Shown: positions 23,369 to 33,158, counted from the first letter of the stretch. The stretch is 64,000 nt of DNA from a bacterium (GCA_030693425.1 JAUYAM010000004.1:23163-87162); one strand, 5' to 3'. Numbers and translations: made by a program. Notes: generated by a model not told the origin, from the sequence alone.

Positions 23369-24157
23369 GTGCTACGCTACTTAAAACTATATTTCCATTT
23401 TTTCCGCAATTGCTTAGTCAGAGAATTGGAGTTCCGCTTCAATGTTTTTATCCTGTCGATAATTCATATTTTCTGGTTGGGGGTGATGCTGGGTTCGGTT
23501 ATCTTAATCTTCGGCCAGGTAGATTCTTTGGCCGGCTGGCAAAAGCAAGAAGTCATGATTTTGGCGGTGGTGGGAATGCTTTTCCACGACATTATGGAAA
23601 TGTTTTTTATGGGAAATCTGCAGCGGTTTTCTCATTTTATCCGCCACGGCGAATTTGATTTTATCCTCTTAAAGCCCGTCAACCCTCGCTTTATGGCATC
23701 TTTCCGCTACGTAGAGTTCCAGAATATTTTCAGGATTGTTATTATGGTTTTTGTCCTTGCCTCGCTTTTGCGCGGCGCTGGAATTCAGCCCACAATTTAC
23801 GAGTGGGGCGGATTTTTGGCCTTCTTTCTCGCCGGCCTCATTACCTTTTATAATATCTTTTTTGCGGTCATTACCACGAATTTTTGGCTGATTAACGTTT
23901 TCAATTTTAACGACATTTTCGATCGTCTTCTTTCCGCCGGAAGATATCCGGTTGACGTTTTCAAGGGCCGGTTAAAATCATTTTTCGCTTACGCTATTCC
24001 CTTGGGGTTAATCGCCACTTTCGCAACGGAGATATTTTTAGGGAGAGCTGGGCAGATTTCTTTTGGGATAGCCGCTTTGATGGTGGTTGCCACCTCTCTG
24101 CTTTCGGAGTTGTTTTGGCAGTTCGCTTTAAAACATTATTCAAGCGCTAGTTCCTAA
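23369..24157 (+). CDS. ABC-2 family transporter permease (type B, copy 1)
   Basis: 262 aa with a GTG start. It is homologous to 24974..25789 (GEFDFILLKPVNPRFMASF versus GRFDQSLLKPLNSRFLASF); both end in ..ALKHY.SASS. Confidence 0.7.
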   Translation: MLRYLKLYFHFFRNCLVRELEFRFNVFILSIIHIFWLGVMLGSVILIFGQVDSLAGWQKQEVMILAVVGMLFHDIMEMFFMGNLQRFSHFIRHGEFDFILLKPVNPRFMASFRYVEFQNIFRIVIMVFVLASLLRGAGIQPTIYEWGGFLAFFLAGLITFYNIFFAVITTNFWLINVFNFNDIFDRLLSAGRYPVDVFKGRLKSFFAYAIPLGLIATFATEIFLGRAGQISFGIAALMVVATSLLSELFWQFALKHYSSASS

Positions 24158-24176
24158 TTTATCCTATAATTAGTTC

Positions 24177-24968
24177 ATGAGGAAATATTGGCTGATTTTT
24201 AAGACAAACTTGGAAAAAAGTCTAGAGTACAGGGCTGAACTTTTTGCCCATCTGATCATGGGAGCTTTTACTTTAGTGATTATGATCTTCATCTTTAAGG
24301 CAGTTTTCAAACAGACCGATAACTTTGCCGGCTACACTTTTTCTTCAATGTTAACGTATTTGGTAATGGTTAGGGTTCTGCATGCCACCAATCGCTGGAA
24401 CACCTCAAGGCTGATTGGCGATGAAATAAAGGAAGGCAGTCTCTCAATGTATCTTACTAGACCGGTAAGTTATCTTCGCTACTGGTTTTCTCTGTTTTTG
24501 GCTGATAGATTCTTCGAATTTTTGGTTAGGTCTTCCCTCATCTTAGCCTTTCTTGTTTTGGTGCCAACTCTTTTCACCTTCCCTTCGGCCGGAAAATTAA
24601 TCGTCTTTTTCGCCTTTTTGCCATTGGCCCTCTTCCTTAACTTCGTTTTTAATCTTTTGCTGGCTCTCTTGGCCTTTTGGGTGACGGATGTTCGTTTGTT
24701 TTCTACTTTTGTCGATCTTTTAGTCGGGTTTCTGGCCGGATCCCTGGTTCCCCTGGAGATGTTTCCCGCCGCTGTAAGAAATATCAGCTATTTTCTGCCG
24801 TTTCAATATACGCTTTATTTTCCCATAAAGATTTATCAGGGTTCATTGGGTCCTTCTCAAATAGCAACAGGCGTTTTTGTTTCTCTTTTGTGGATAGGCT
24901 TCCTTCTGGTGGTTTTGAATTATCTCTGGAACAAAGGGCTTAAACGCTATGAAGCAACCGGGCAGTAA
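24177..24968 (+). CDS. ABC-2 family transporter permease (type A, copy 2)
   Basis: 263 aa; paralogue of 22521..23330. Confidence 0.7.
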   Translation: MRKYWLIFKTNLEKSLEYRAELFAHLIMGAFTLVIMIFIFKAVFKQTDNFAGYTFSSMLTYLVMVRVLHATNRWNTSRLIGDEIKEGSLSMYLTRPVSYLRYWFSLFLADRFFEFLVRSSLILAFLVLVPTLFTFPSAGKLIVFFAFLPLALFLNFVFNLLLALLAFWVTDVRLFSTFVDLLVGFLAGSLVPLEMFPAAVRNISYFLPFQYTLYFPIKIYQGSLGPSQIATGVFVSLLWIGFLLVVLNYLWNKGLKRYEATGQ

Positions 24969-24973
24969 AACAT

Positions 24974-25789
24974 ATGATTTTAATTAAGATAAAAAACGGA
25001 ATCGCCCGTTATTTAAAAATCTACTGTTCACTAATCAAACTTAGTTTCGGAGAGATTTTGATATTCAGGATCAACGGGCTGTTGCTTGGCTTGGCTCCGA
25101 TTGTCTGGATGCTAACAATTTTAGTCTTCCTCGGCATTATTTTTTCCAAGGTCAAGCAGCTGGGCGGCTGGAGTTTATGGGAAGTGGTTTTCTTGACCGG
25201 AACCAGCGAAGTCATGTTTATTATTTACTGGTCGAGCTTTATCGGCAATCTGAGGATTTTTATAAACGATGTCAGGACCGGTAGATTTGACCAGTCCCTG
25301 CTAAAGCCGCTCAACTCCCGTTTTTTGGCTTCTTTCAAGACACTCGACTTTACCCTCATTGGCAGTTTTGTCAGTTCCCTTTTAGTCTTTATTTACTCTT
25401 TAGTTAAAGTCGCAGAAAGAGTCGATCCTTCCAGGATAGTCGGCTTCATTTTCCTTTTAATCTTGGGCTATCTGATTTGCTATTTTCTCCATCTCATCTT
25501 CGCCTCTTTGGCCTTTTTTGTCACAAATGCCAGATCTTTTCTTGATTGGATCTTTGAAATTTCTGATTTCGGCCACTATCCAGCAGAAATTTATCCTTTA
25601 GGGCTGAGAGCTTTTTTGACTTTCTTTGTCCCGATTCTGTTCTTCGGCTATGTGCCGACAGCTTTTCTATTAGGGAAACTGAATTGGCTGTACTTGTTTT
25701 TTGCGGCATTGATCGCTTTGGCGCTTTATCTTATTTCCCGCTGTATTTGGGAACAGGCCTTGAAACACTATCAATCAGCCAGCTCATAA
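24974..25789 (+). CDS. ABC-2 family transporter permease (type B, copy 2)
   Basis: 271 aa; paralogue of 23369..24157. Confidence 0.7.
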   Translation: MILIKIKNGIARYLKIYCSLIKLSFGEILIFRINGLLLGLAPIVWMLTILVFLGIIFSKVKQLGGWSLWEVVFLTGTSEVMFIIYWSSFIGNLRIFINDVRTGRFDQSLLKPLNSRFLASFKTLDFTLIGSFVSSLLVFIYSLVKVAERVDPSRIVGFIFLLILGYLICYFLHLIFASLAFFVTNARSFLDWIFEISDFGHYPAEIYPLGLRAFLTFFVPILFFGYVPTAFLLGKLNWLYLFFAALIALALYLISRCIWEQALKHYQSASS

Positions 25790-25860
25790 GATATAATCGC
25801 TTCGTTCATATATCTCTCGATTCGCTCGTGATATAATTAATTATTAATTCAACCAAATTT

Positions 25861-26844
25861 ATGGCAGTTATTTCGGCAAAAAACTTGAAAAAATTCTATA
25901 AGGTCCACCAGAAAGAACCGGGTTTTTTAGGTTCTTTAAAATCCCTGGTCAAGAGAAAGTATTATGACGTTAAAGCGGTTGACGACGTTTCTTTTGAGAT
26001 TGAAGAGGGGGAGTTGGTGGGTTTTATCGGGCCAAACGGCGCCGGCAAGACCACGACCTTAAAATGCCTTTCCGGACTTCTATATCCGAATTCGGGCGAG
26101 GTTCGGGTTTTAGGATTTAACCCCTGGGACAGGAAACACAGTTTTTTAAAGCAGATTTCCCTGGTTATGGGCCAGAAAAACCAGTTGTGGTGGGATTTGC
26201 CGGCCATTGAAACATTCAACTTAAACAAAGAGATTTACGAGGTTCCCGATAAACAGTACAAAAAAACTTTGGACGAACTGGTCCAACTACTCGGGATAGA
26301 AGATATTTTAAGGGTCCAGGTCAGGAAATTGTCTCTGGGGCAAAGAATGAAATGCGAATTGATCGCCGCCCTTTTGCACTCGCCCAAAGTTTTGTTTTTA
26401 GACGAGCCGACCATCGGCCTAGACGTGGTTTCCCAAAAGAAGATTCTGGATTTTGTCAGCGAATACAATAAAAGACACCAAGCAACCATTATCCTGACTT
26501 CGCACTATATGGGCGACATTGAACGGCTTTGCAAAAGGGTGATGATTATTGACCAGGGCCGGCTCTGCTTTGACGGCCAGCTTTCAGATATTGTCCAGAA
26601 ATACGCCGACCACAAACTCATTTCTCTGATTTTAAACGAAGAAGTCGATCCTAAGGTTGTGGCCAAGGTTTTTCCGGTCAAGGAATTCAATTATCCAAAG
26701 CTGGTTTTGAGCGCCAAAAGAGATCAGGTGGCCGGCATGACTGCCCGGGCTTTAGAGCAATTGCCGGTAGCAGATTTATCAATTGAAGAGCCGGCCATTG
26801 AAGACATTATCAGAGAGCTTTTTACGGGCAAGGATTATGCCTAA
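25861..26844 (+). CDS. ABC transporter ATP-binding protein
   Basis: Walker A is GPNGAGKTT, the signature is LSLGQRMK and Walker B is LFLDEPTIGLD. Confidence 0.9.
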   Translation: MAVISAKNLKKFYKVHQKEPGFLGSLKSLVKRKYYDVKAVDDVSFEIEEGELVGFIGPNGAGKTTTLKCLSGLLYPNSGEVRVLGFNPWDRKHSFLKQISLVMGQKNQLWWDLPAIETFNLNKEIYEVPDKQYKKTLDELVQLLGIEDILRVQVRKLSLGQRMKCELIAALLHSPKVLFLDEPTIGLDVVSQKKILDFVSEYNKRHQATIILTSHYMGDIERLCKRVMIIDQGRLCFDGQLSDIVQKYADHKLISLILNEEVDPKVVAKVFPVKEFNYPKLVLSAKRDQVAGMTARALEQLPVADLSIEEPAIEDIIRELFTGKDYA

Positions 26845-27412
26845 AAGTATTGAAATTGAAATTCAAGTGAATATCGAAAAGAGCGAATCCTTACTGGCGT
26901 TTTTGAAAGAAAACGCTGTTTTTAAGTTTGAAACGCGCCAAGTTGACGAATATTTTACTCCAGCCCATAGAGATTTTACCGTCGTTAGGCCGATAGCCGA
27001 ATGGTTGCGATTAAGAGAAAGCAATGGTAGTTATTCTTTCACATACAAAAATTGGCATTACGAAGGAGAAAAATCCTTTTATTGCGACGAGTACGAAACC
27101 GAGATCAAGGACTTGAGTCAGCTTAAAAAGGCCCTCGAAGCGCTTAATTTTAGGTCGCTTATTACTGTTGATAAGACGAGGAAGATTTGGCTTTATAAAG
27201 ATTTTGAGATTGCTCTAGATTCGGTAAAAAATTTAGGTAATTTTGTGGAAATTGAATATAAAGGCGGAGACGAGAACGCTGACCCTGGAAAAACTACGGA
27301 AAGGATGATCTGTTTTCTGAAAGAGGTGGGTTGTGGCAAAATTATGATTAATTATATGGGTTATCCTTATCTTCTGCTTTTTCCTGAAGAAGCTAAATAT
27401 AAAGAAGTATAA
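26837..27412 (+). CDS. CYTH domain protein (CyaB-like class IV adenylate cyclase / triphosphatase family)
   Basis: N-terminal IEIEIQV strand and a later NFVEIEYK. The start ATG 26837 overlaps the ATPase stop. Confidence 0.65.
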   Translation: MPKSIEIEIQVNIEKSESLLAFLKENAVFKFETRQVDEYFTPAHRDFTVVRPIAEWLRLRESNGSYSFTYKNWHYEGEKSFYCDEYETEIKDLSQLKKALEALNFRSLITVDKTRKIWLYKDFEIALDSVKNLGNFVEIEYKGGDENADPGKTTERMICFLKEVGCGKIMINYMGYPYLLLFPEEAKYKEV

Positions 27413-27414
27413 AA

Positions 27415-27480
27415 ATGAAACAAGCCACCCTTTGTTTTTTAGTTAAGGAAAAAGAGGTGGAAGTAGTTGATTCTTTATGA
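27415..27480 (+). pseudogene. Possible remnant of a NUDIX hydrolase N-terminus (21 codons, MKQATLCFLVKEKEVEVVDSL)
   Basis: The peptide resembles the first beta-strand region typical of MutT-type NUDIX proteins. The ORF ends in an ATGA overlap with the next gene. Confidence 0.3.
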
Positions 27481-28520
27481 CAAAACTTATTCATAGAGCA
27501 GTTCACGACATCGTTCCGACGAGGCCTTTTCATTTTGATTCAACTTTTTTCAAGCCGGCGCATTTTCCATCAAACGACATGAAATGGGCCGAGCACGGCG
27601 GTAAAAGGTGGCAGACAATGCTTTTTCGGGGGGAGAGATTGGGCGTGGTCTTTGAGAATGCCGGCACGGCAAAGAACCCAAAAGTTAAAGTTGCTATTTA
27701 TTCTCAAAAGAAACTATCACCAGAATTCATTGACTCGGTTAAAAACGAGGTGATTTGGCGTTATAATTTAAACCTGGATTTATCGGGTTTTTATAAAGAC
27801 GCCGGCAAAGACCCGCTTTTAAATCCAATTATTAAAAAATTCCGGGGCTTGCGGCCCATGCACGCCGGATCTCTATATGAGTATTTGATTATTGACATTG
27901 TTTTACAAAACGCCACTGTCCGTCGTTCGGTTTCTATGATGCAAGCCCTTTTTGAGAACTACGGGACTTTGCTGGAGTTTGCTGGGCAAAAACTGTGGTG
28001 TTTTTGGGAGCCAAAAGTCTTGGCTGGAGCCAGTGAACAAAAATTAAGAGATTTAAAGATGGGCTATCGGGCAAAATCTTTGATCAAAGTTTCGCAGGCG
28101 TTCGTTTTCTCCAGACAGACTTTTCTCGAACAAGATGCTACGAAAAACACACGATCGTGTAAAAATGGTAATCTTCGTTTTGATGAATTTAAACTAAGAC
28201 GCGCTTCTGTGGAAGAACAGGAAAAAGCCCTGATTTCTCTTTATGGTATTGGTCCGGCTTCTGCTGGCTATATTATGTTTGACGCTTTTCACCAATGGGA
28301 TTTTTTAAAGCATATTTCTCCCTGGGAGCAGAAGATTTATAATAAGATCTTTTTTAACAAGGACTGGGAAAAGGAACTAGTGCCAGTAGAAAAGATGCTC
28401 AAGCATTTTAACAGGTGGGGCAAATGGAAAAACTTGGCTATTCACTATGTTTGGGAAAATATCTGGTGGCAGAGGCGGAATCAGAATATCCCTTGGCTGG
28501 AAAAACTCATCAGATTATGA
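27477..28520 (+). CDS. HhH-GPD superfamily DNA glycosylase-like protein (Ogg/AlkA-like)
   Basis: 347 aa with the helix-hairpin-helix LISLYGIGPASAGYIMFDAF. Confidence 0.5.
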   Translation: MTKLIHRAVHDIVPTRPFHFDSTFFKPAHFPSNDMKWAEHGGKRWQTMLFRGERLGVVFENAGTAKNPKVKVAIYSQKKLSPEFIDSVKNEVIWRYNLNLDLSGFYKDAGKDPLLNPIIKKFRGLRPMHAGSLYEYLIIDIVLQNATVRRSVSMMQALFENYGTLLEFAGQKLWCFWEPKVLAGASEQKLRDLKMGYRAKSLIKVSQAFVFSRQTFLEQDATKNTRSCKNGNLRFDEFKLRRASVEEQEKALISLYGIGPASAGYIMFDAFHQWDFLKHISPWEQKIYNKIFFNKDWEKELVPVEKMLKHFNRWGKWKNLAIHYVWENIWWQRRNQNIPWLEKLIRL

Positions 28521-28574
28521 ATATATCTGCTATAATTAACTTAGGTTAATTAGCCTACTGGATATAATTGAACA

Positions 28575-28934
28575 ATGGAAATTCACATTAAATATACCAA
28601 TATTCAGCCCAACCAAGATCTTAAAAGCTATATTGGGCAAAGGCTGGGCTTTCTTGATAAATTGGCTGTCCCGGCTCATTTCGGGAAAAAAGAACTGGGA
28701 GAGGCGGTCCATGCCTGGGTTGAGATCGGCAAGGTGACCCGCCATCACCGACAGGGCCTGGTTTGGTACGCCGAGTGCAACATCCGCTGGCCGGGCAAAA
28801 ACTTGAGGGCTACTTCAACTAATTATGACTTAGGAGCGGCCATAGAGGAGGTTAAAGACGATATCGAGCTCATCCTCAGGAAGACCAAAGAGAAGAAAAT
28901 GGAATTTATAAGGCGCAAGAAGAAAATAGGATAA
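28575..28934 (+). CDS. hpf: Ribosome hibernation/associated factor, HPF/RaiA (S30AE) family
   Basis: MEIHIKYTNIQPNQDLKSYIGQRLGFLDKL matches the typical HPF N-terminus. Confidence 0.6.
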   Translation: MEIHIKYTNIQPNQDLKSYIGQRLGFLDKLAVPAHFGKKELGEAVHAWVEIGKVTRHHRQGLVWYAECNIRWPGKNLRATSTNYDLGAAIEEVKDDIELILRKTKEKKMEFIRRKKKIG

Positions 28935-28943
28935 CCAAGTTAT

Positions 28944-29456
28944 ATGTTAGAAGTCATTAGAAAAAGGCGGAGTGTCAGGGAATATTTGCCAAAAGAGGTG
29001 GAAAAGGAAAAACTGGACGAGATTTTAAAGGCGGCCATGTTTTCTCCTACGGCCCATAACCGCCGTTCTTGGGAGTTTATTGTTGTCAAAGACAAAGATG
29101 CCAAGGAAAAACTTTCTCAAGCCACTCCTTGGTCGGGTTTTGCTAAGGAAGCGCCGGTTGTTCTTGTCCTTTGTTCTAAAGAAGATTCTTTCTGGATTGA
29201 AAACTGCGGTATTGCCGCCGCGAACATTTATCTTGAGACTGTTAATCAGGGACTGGGAACCTGTTTTGTTCAGATCAGAGATCCTAAAAACCCAGATGGC
29301 CGGCAAGGCGCTGAAGAATATGTGAGGAAAATCCTTAATATCTCCAAAGATATAAGAATTCTTTGCCTGATGCCCTTGGGTTATCCGGTTGAATCCCCGG
29401 AAGAACATAATGATAGCGAGGTTGATATTAAAAAAATCCATTACGATAAATGGTAA
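28944..29456 (+). CDS. Nitroreductase family protein
   Basis: Contains RRSVREY, PTAHNRRSWEFIVV and LGTCFV. Confidence 0.75.
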   Translation: MLEVIRKRRSVREYLPKEVEKEKLDEILKAAMFSPTAHNRRSWEFIVVKDKDAKEKLSQATPWSGFAKEAPVVLVLCSKEDSFWIENCGIAAANIYLETVNQGLGTCFVQIRDPKNPDGRQGAEEYVRKILNISKDIRILCLMPLGYPVESPEEHNDSEVDIKKIHYDKW

Positions 29457-29908
29457 AAGCAATGCCGGAAATAAAGGTTGCTATTGTTGTTTTCTATGAT
29501 AAGGAGGGGAATGTCTTTGTACAAGAAAGGGGAAAAGACGTTTCTAAAACCGGTGAGAAATACGGTTTTTGGGGCGGAAGAATTGAGAAACGGGAAACAC
29601 CAAAACAGGCTCTTAAGAGAGAACTAAAGGAAGAACTAGAATTTGTCCCCAAAAAACTTGATTTTTTTGGGATTTTTTCCTATAAGTTGATACCTTTGAA
29701 AAGGAAAACAGTTTGTTCTCTCGGCCAGAAGGCTAAATGTTGGATATTCCTTTCGCCGGTAAATAGAGATTTGAGCAAGGTTAAGATAAAAGAGGGCAAG
29801 GGGATGTTAAAGATGAAAATTGATAAAGTTATCAAAGGGAAAGGTTTTCCCATAGGCAGCGTTGAGTTTGTGAAGAAAGTCAAAAAGCAACTGTATGGGA
29901 AAGATTAA
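29450..29908 (+). CDS. NUDIX hydrolase
   Basis: The NUDIX box is GGRIEKRETPKQALKRELKEELEF. Confidence 0.75.
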   Translation: MVKAMPEIKVAIVVFYDKEGNVFVQERGKDVSKTGEKYGFWGGRIEKRETPKQALKRELKEELEFVPKKLDFFGIFSYKLIPLKRKTVCSLGQKAKCWIFLSPVNRDLSKVKIKEGKGMLKMKIDKVIKGKGFPIGSVEFVKKVKKQLYGKD

Positions 29909-30617
29909 AAACAAATACCATTCAGAGATTCTACGGGAGCTGAAAAAGAACCTTAAAAAGACAACTCAAGCTAATCGCGATTTTGAGAAAAGGTATGTCG
30001 GCACAGACAAAATCTGCTATTCGGTAAGGACAGCTGACAAAGAAAAAACCGCCAAGAATTTCCTAAAAGCCCACAAGGGACTTTCTACGAGAGAGTTCGT
30101 TTTATTGCTCAATTCTTTGTACGCAGGCAAGTCCTTTGAAGAGGTAGTAACAGCTGGGAAACTTTTAGAGTTTTCACCTGATTTCAAAAAGCAAATGGAC
30201 ATTTGGCTTTTGGATAAATGGTTGAACCTTACCTGCGGTTGGTGCGAGGTTGATTCTTTGTGCCAGGCGAATTTCGGGGCAGAATTGATTTTAAATCGCT
30301 GGCCGGAGTGGAAAGCGCTTTTGGAAAAGTTTTTCCAAGATAAAAATATTCATAAACGCCGCGCCTCTTTGGTCTTATTAACAAAATCGACAAGGGAGTC
30401 AGCTGATCCGAGGTTAGCCAAAATGACCTTTGCTAATATTGAGAAGCTAAAAAGCGAAAAGCGTGTTTTAATCACCAAAGCGATTTCTTGGCTGCTGCGG
30501 AGTTTAACAAAACATCACAAAAAGGAAGTCGCCGCTTACTTGAAGAAAAATCAGGGCGGTCTGCCCAAGATCGCCGTCCGTGAAACTTTGCGTAAACTTG
30601 AAACCGGTAGAAAATGA
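29895..30617 (+). CDS. DNA alkylation repair protein (AlkD/AlkC-like HEAT-repeat family)
   Basis: 240 aa, all-helical repeat pattern, with CGWCEVDSLC and HKRRASLVLL blocks. Confidence 0.55.
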   Translation: MGKIKNKYHSEILRELKKNLKKTTQANRDFEKRYVGTDKICYSVRTADKEKTAKNFLKAHKGLSTREFVLLLNSLYAGKSFEEVVTAGKLLEFSPDFKKQMDIWLLDKWLNLTCGWCEVDSLCQANFGAELILNRWPEWKALLEKFFQDKNIHKRRASLVLLTKSTRESADPRLAKMTFANIEKLKSEKRVLITKAISWLLRSLTKHHKKEVAAYLKKNQGGLPKIAVRETLRKLETGRK

Positions 30618-30792
30618 TTTAGACCCTAAAAATTAAACTTACGATAAACTCACGATCGTAGGTTTATCGTCATAATTTATTCGGGAAAGATAGGAGAAAA
30701 ACATAGTCTTACGAAATTCAGGCGATCGTGTAAATTTCGTAAATTTAAAAAACTGGTGAATGAGTTAAAAATCTTTTTGGGGGATTTCCTAT

Positions 30793-31266
30793 TTAAACGC
30801 AGAAATGGCCAATGGCCGGTTTTTCTAGGATTTCGAAATCTTTTGATTTCATTTTGACTGATTTGGTGTGGGCGCCGGCGTTGAAAACAATCTCTTCGTT
30901 TTCAAAAACTGCTTGGTCGCAATAGATTTTCAGATTTATAGCGCTGCCAAAAGGAGGAATAGCGCCGATTTCCAGGCCGGTTAATTCTTTCACTTCATCT
31001 GCGGTCAAAAGCCGCAGATCTTTGATATAGTAGAGTTTTTTGAAGATCTTAGTATCAACGCGCCGGTCGCCCGGGACAACAATTAAAACGGGCTTATCAT
31101 CTGCTTTGAAGATAATCGCTTTAGCGCCCTGGCACATTTTAGTATTTCTGATTTGGGCGGCTTGTTCTGAAGTATAAACCGGCTCGTGTTCAAAAAGCTG
31201 GTAAGCGATGCCATTTTCATCAAGCAGTTTTTTTATTTTCTCAAAAACCGGGCTAGTTTCAATCAT
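30793..31266 (-). CDS. YbaK/EbsC-type aminoacyl-tRNA deacylase domain protein
   Basis: 157 aa. Contains KAIIFKADDKPVLIVVPGDRRVD and IGAIPPFG. Confidence 0.7.
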   Translation of the reverse strand: MIETSPVFEKIKKLLDENGIAYQLFEHEPVYTSEQAAQIRNTKMCQGAKAIIFKADDKPVLIVVPGDRRVDTKIFKKLYYIKDLRLLTADEVKELTGLEIGAIPPFGSAINLKIYCDQAVFENEEIVFNAGAHTKSVKMKSKDFEILEKPAIGHFCV

Positions 31267-31318
31267 TTTAAAAAGTTCGTTAAAACTGCTATGGCAGCGT
31301 TAACGAGTATTTATTTAA

Positions 31319-31924
31319 CTATTCTTTATTAAGACTTTTCCAGAGATAGCGGCAGGCGAAACTGCGAAAAGGCTGCCATCTTTTGGAAATTTCTTCAATT
31401 TTCTTTAAATTATCCCGTCGTACACCATAAAGGCGAGAAACAGCAGTTCTCAGTCCCAGATCGCCGACAGAAAAAACATCTGGCCGGTGGAGCGTAAAAA
31501 TCATAAACATTTCTGCGGTCCATGGGCCAATGCCCTTAACTTTCAAAAGCTGCTCGTAGACCTCTTCATCGGGAAGTTTGTGGAGGGACTTAAGGTTGAG
31601 TTGGTTGTTTTCTATGCATTCAGCCAATGATTTGAGGTATTTGACTTTTGCCCAGGAACAGCCGCAGCTCCTTAATTTTTTATCGCTGATTTTTAGGACC
31701 TGCTTTGGTTTTGGAAGCTTTCCTCCGAAAAGATCGAGAAATCTTTTGTAGATGACTCTAGCGACTTTTCCCGATAATTGTTGACCGATTATTTCATAAG
31801 TCAGGGCGGCAAAGAGATTCTTTTTTAGTTCAAGCTCTGGAAGGACGTGTTTTCCAATCAGTTTCCTCATGACCGGATCCTTTCTCAGACAAGCGCTCAC
31901 TTTTCCAATTTTTATTTTGTTCAT
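31319..31924 (-). CDS. alkA: DNA-3-methyladenine glycosylase II (AlkA-type HhH-GPD)
   Basis: Contains LLKVKGIGPWTAEMFMIF and VGDLGLRTAV. Confidence 0.75.
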   Translation of the reverse strand: MNKIKIGKVSACLRKDPVMRKLIGKHVLPELELKKNLFAALTYEIIGQQLSGKVARVIYKRFLDLFGGKLPKPKQVLKISDKKLRSCGCSWAKVKYLKSLAECIENNQLNLKSLHKLPDEEVYEQLLKVKGIGPWTAEMFMIFTLHRPDVFSVGDLGLRTAVSRLYGVRRDNLKKIEEISKRWQPFRSFACRYLWKSLNKE

Positions 31925-31994
31925 TATTTTTTATTCTCAACTTTATCTTCAGTTTAAATCCTCGTTAACATTGCGTACGCAATGTTAACAAGGA

Positions 31995-33158
31995 TCATGG
32001 TTTAAGGTAATATTTTTTGTTTTTGAGCTGGTCGGGTAGGAGGTTGCCCGGGTCGTATTTTTCGTAGCCCTTGCCGTAACCTAAGCTTTTCATCAGCTTG
32101 GTTTCCGGATTCCTTAATTTTAAAGGAATGGGTAGGTTGCCGTATTTTTTTACGTCTTCCATAGCCGCAAAAAGGCCGTTGTAAGAGCTGCGGTCTTTTT
32201 TCGCCTGACACAAATACACGACTCCGTGAGCCAGGTTAATGGCGCATTCCGGATAGCCGATTTCTTGGCAGGCTCTGAAAACTTCGTTGGCAACGACTAA
32301 AGCGGTTGGCTGGGCACAGCCTACGTCTTCGGAAGAGAAAATAACCATTCGCCGGGCAATGAAAAGCGGATCTTCACCTGAATCCACCAACCGTGCCAGA
32401 TAATACAAGGCGGCGTCGGGGTTGGAAGCGCGCATTGATTTAATGAGCGCGGAAATGGTGTTGTAATGCTCTTCGCCAGCCCGGTCATACCTTAAAAACT
32501 TGCTCTGTAACGCGTTCTTTAGGTTGTCTAAGGTCGGGTTCTTGTAAAGCCGGACGCCAGCCTCCAAAAGATTCAATGCCTGTCTGGCGTCGCCGTTGGC
32601 AAATCTAACGATAAAGTCGCGGGCGTCGGGCGAAAGCTTAACCTTTAATTCTTTAGCGCCGGTATTAACAATTTTTGCCAGATCTTTTTCGCTTAATTCG
32701 TTCAAGACAAAAACCCGGCATCTTGAAAGCAGGGGACTAATAACGGTAAAGCTCGGGTTTTCCGTGGTGGCGCCGATGAGGATAATAGTGCCGTCTTCGA
32801 CATAGGGCAAGAAAGCGTCTTGCTGGGCTTTGTTAAAGCGGTGAATTTCGTCAATGAAAAGGATGGTTTGTTGGTTTAGTTTTAACCGTTCCCTGGCTTC
32901 CTCAACGACCCTTAAGACATCGCTTTTCTTGGCAACCACGGCTGAATATCCAACGAAATGAGCTTTAGTCTGACTGGCAATAATTCGCGCCAAGGTGGTT
33001 TTGCCTGAACCCGGCGGCCCCCAGAAAATCATTGAAAAAAGCCGGCCGGTTTCAATTACCAGCCGCAAAGGTTTATTCGGTCCAATCAAATGTTCTTGGC
33101 CAATAATTTGATTCAGGGTTTTCGGCCTTACTTTGTCAGCTAAAGGGGCGTTATCCAT
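31995..33158 (-). CDS. rarA: Replication-associated recombination protein A (AAA+ ATPase)
   Basis: Contains LADKVRPKTL, GPPGSGKTT, FIDEIHRFNK and the C-terminal MgsA domain (HYNTISALIKSMRASNPDAALYYLARL). The start is set at an internal ATG (MDNAPL). Confidence 0.9.
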   Translation of the reverse strand: MDNAPLADKVRPKTLNQIIGQEHLIGPNKPLRLVIETGRLFSMIFWGPPGSGKTTLARIIASQTKAHFVGYSAVVAKKSDVLRVVEEARERLKLNQQTILFIDEIHRFNKAQQDAFLPYVEDGTIILIGATTENPSFTVISPLLSRCRVFVLNELSEKDLAKIVNTGAKELKVKLSPDARDFIVRFANGDARQALNLLEAGVRLYKNPTLDNLKNALQSKFLRYDRAGEEHYNTISALIKSMRASNPDAALYYLARLVDSGEDPLFIARRMVIFSSEDVGCAQPTALVVANEVFRACQEIGYPECAINLAHGVVYLCQAKKDRSSYNGLFAAMEDVKKYGNLPIPLKLRNPETKLMKSLGYGKGYEKYDPGNLLPDQLKNKKYYLKP

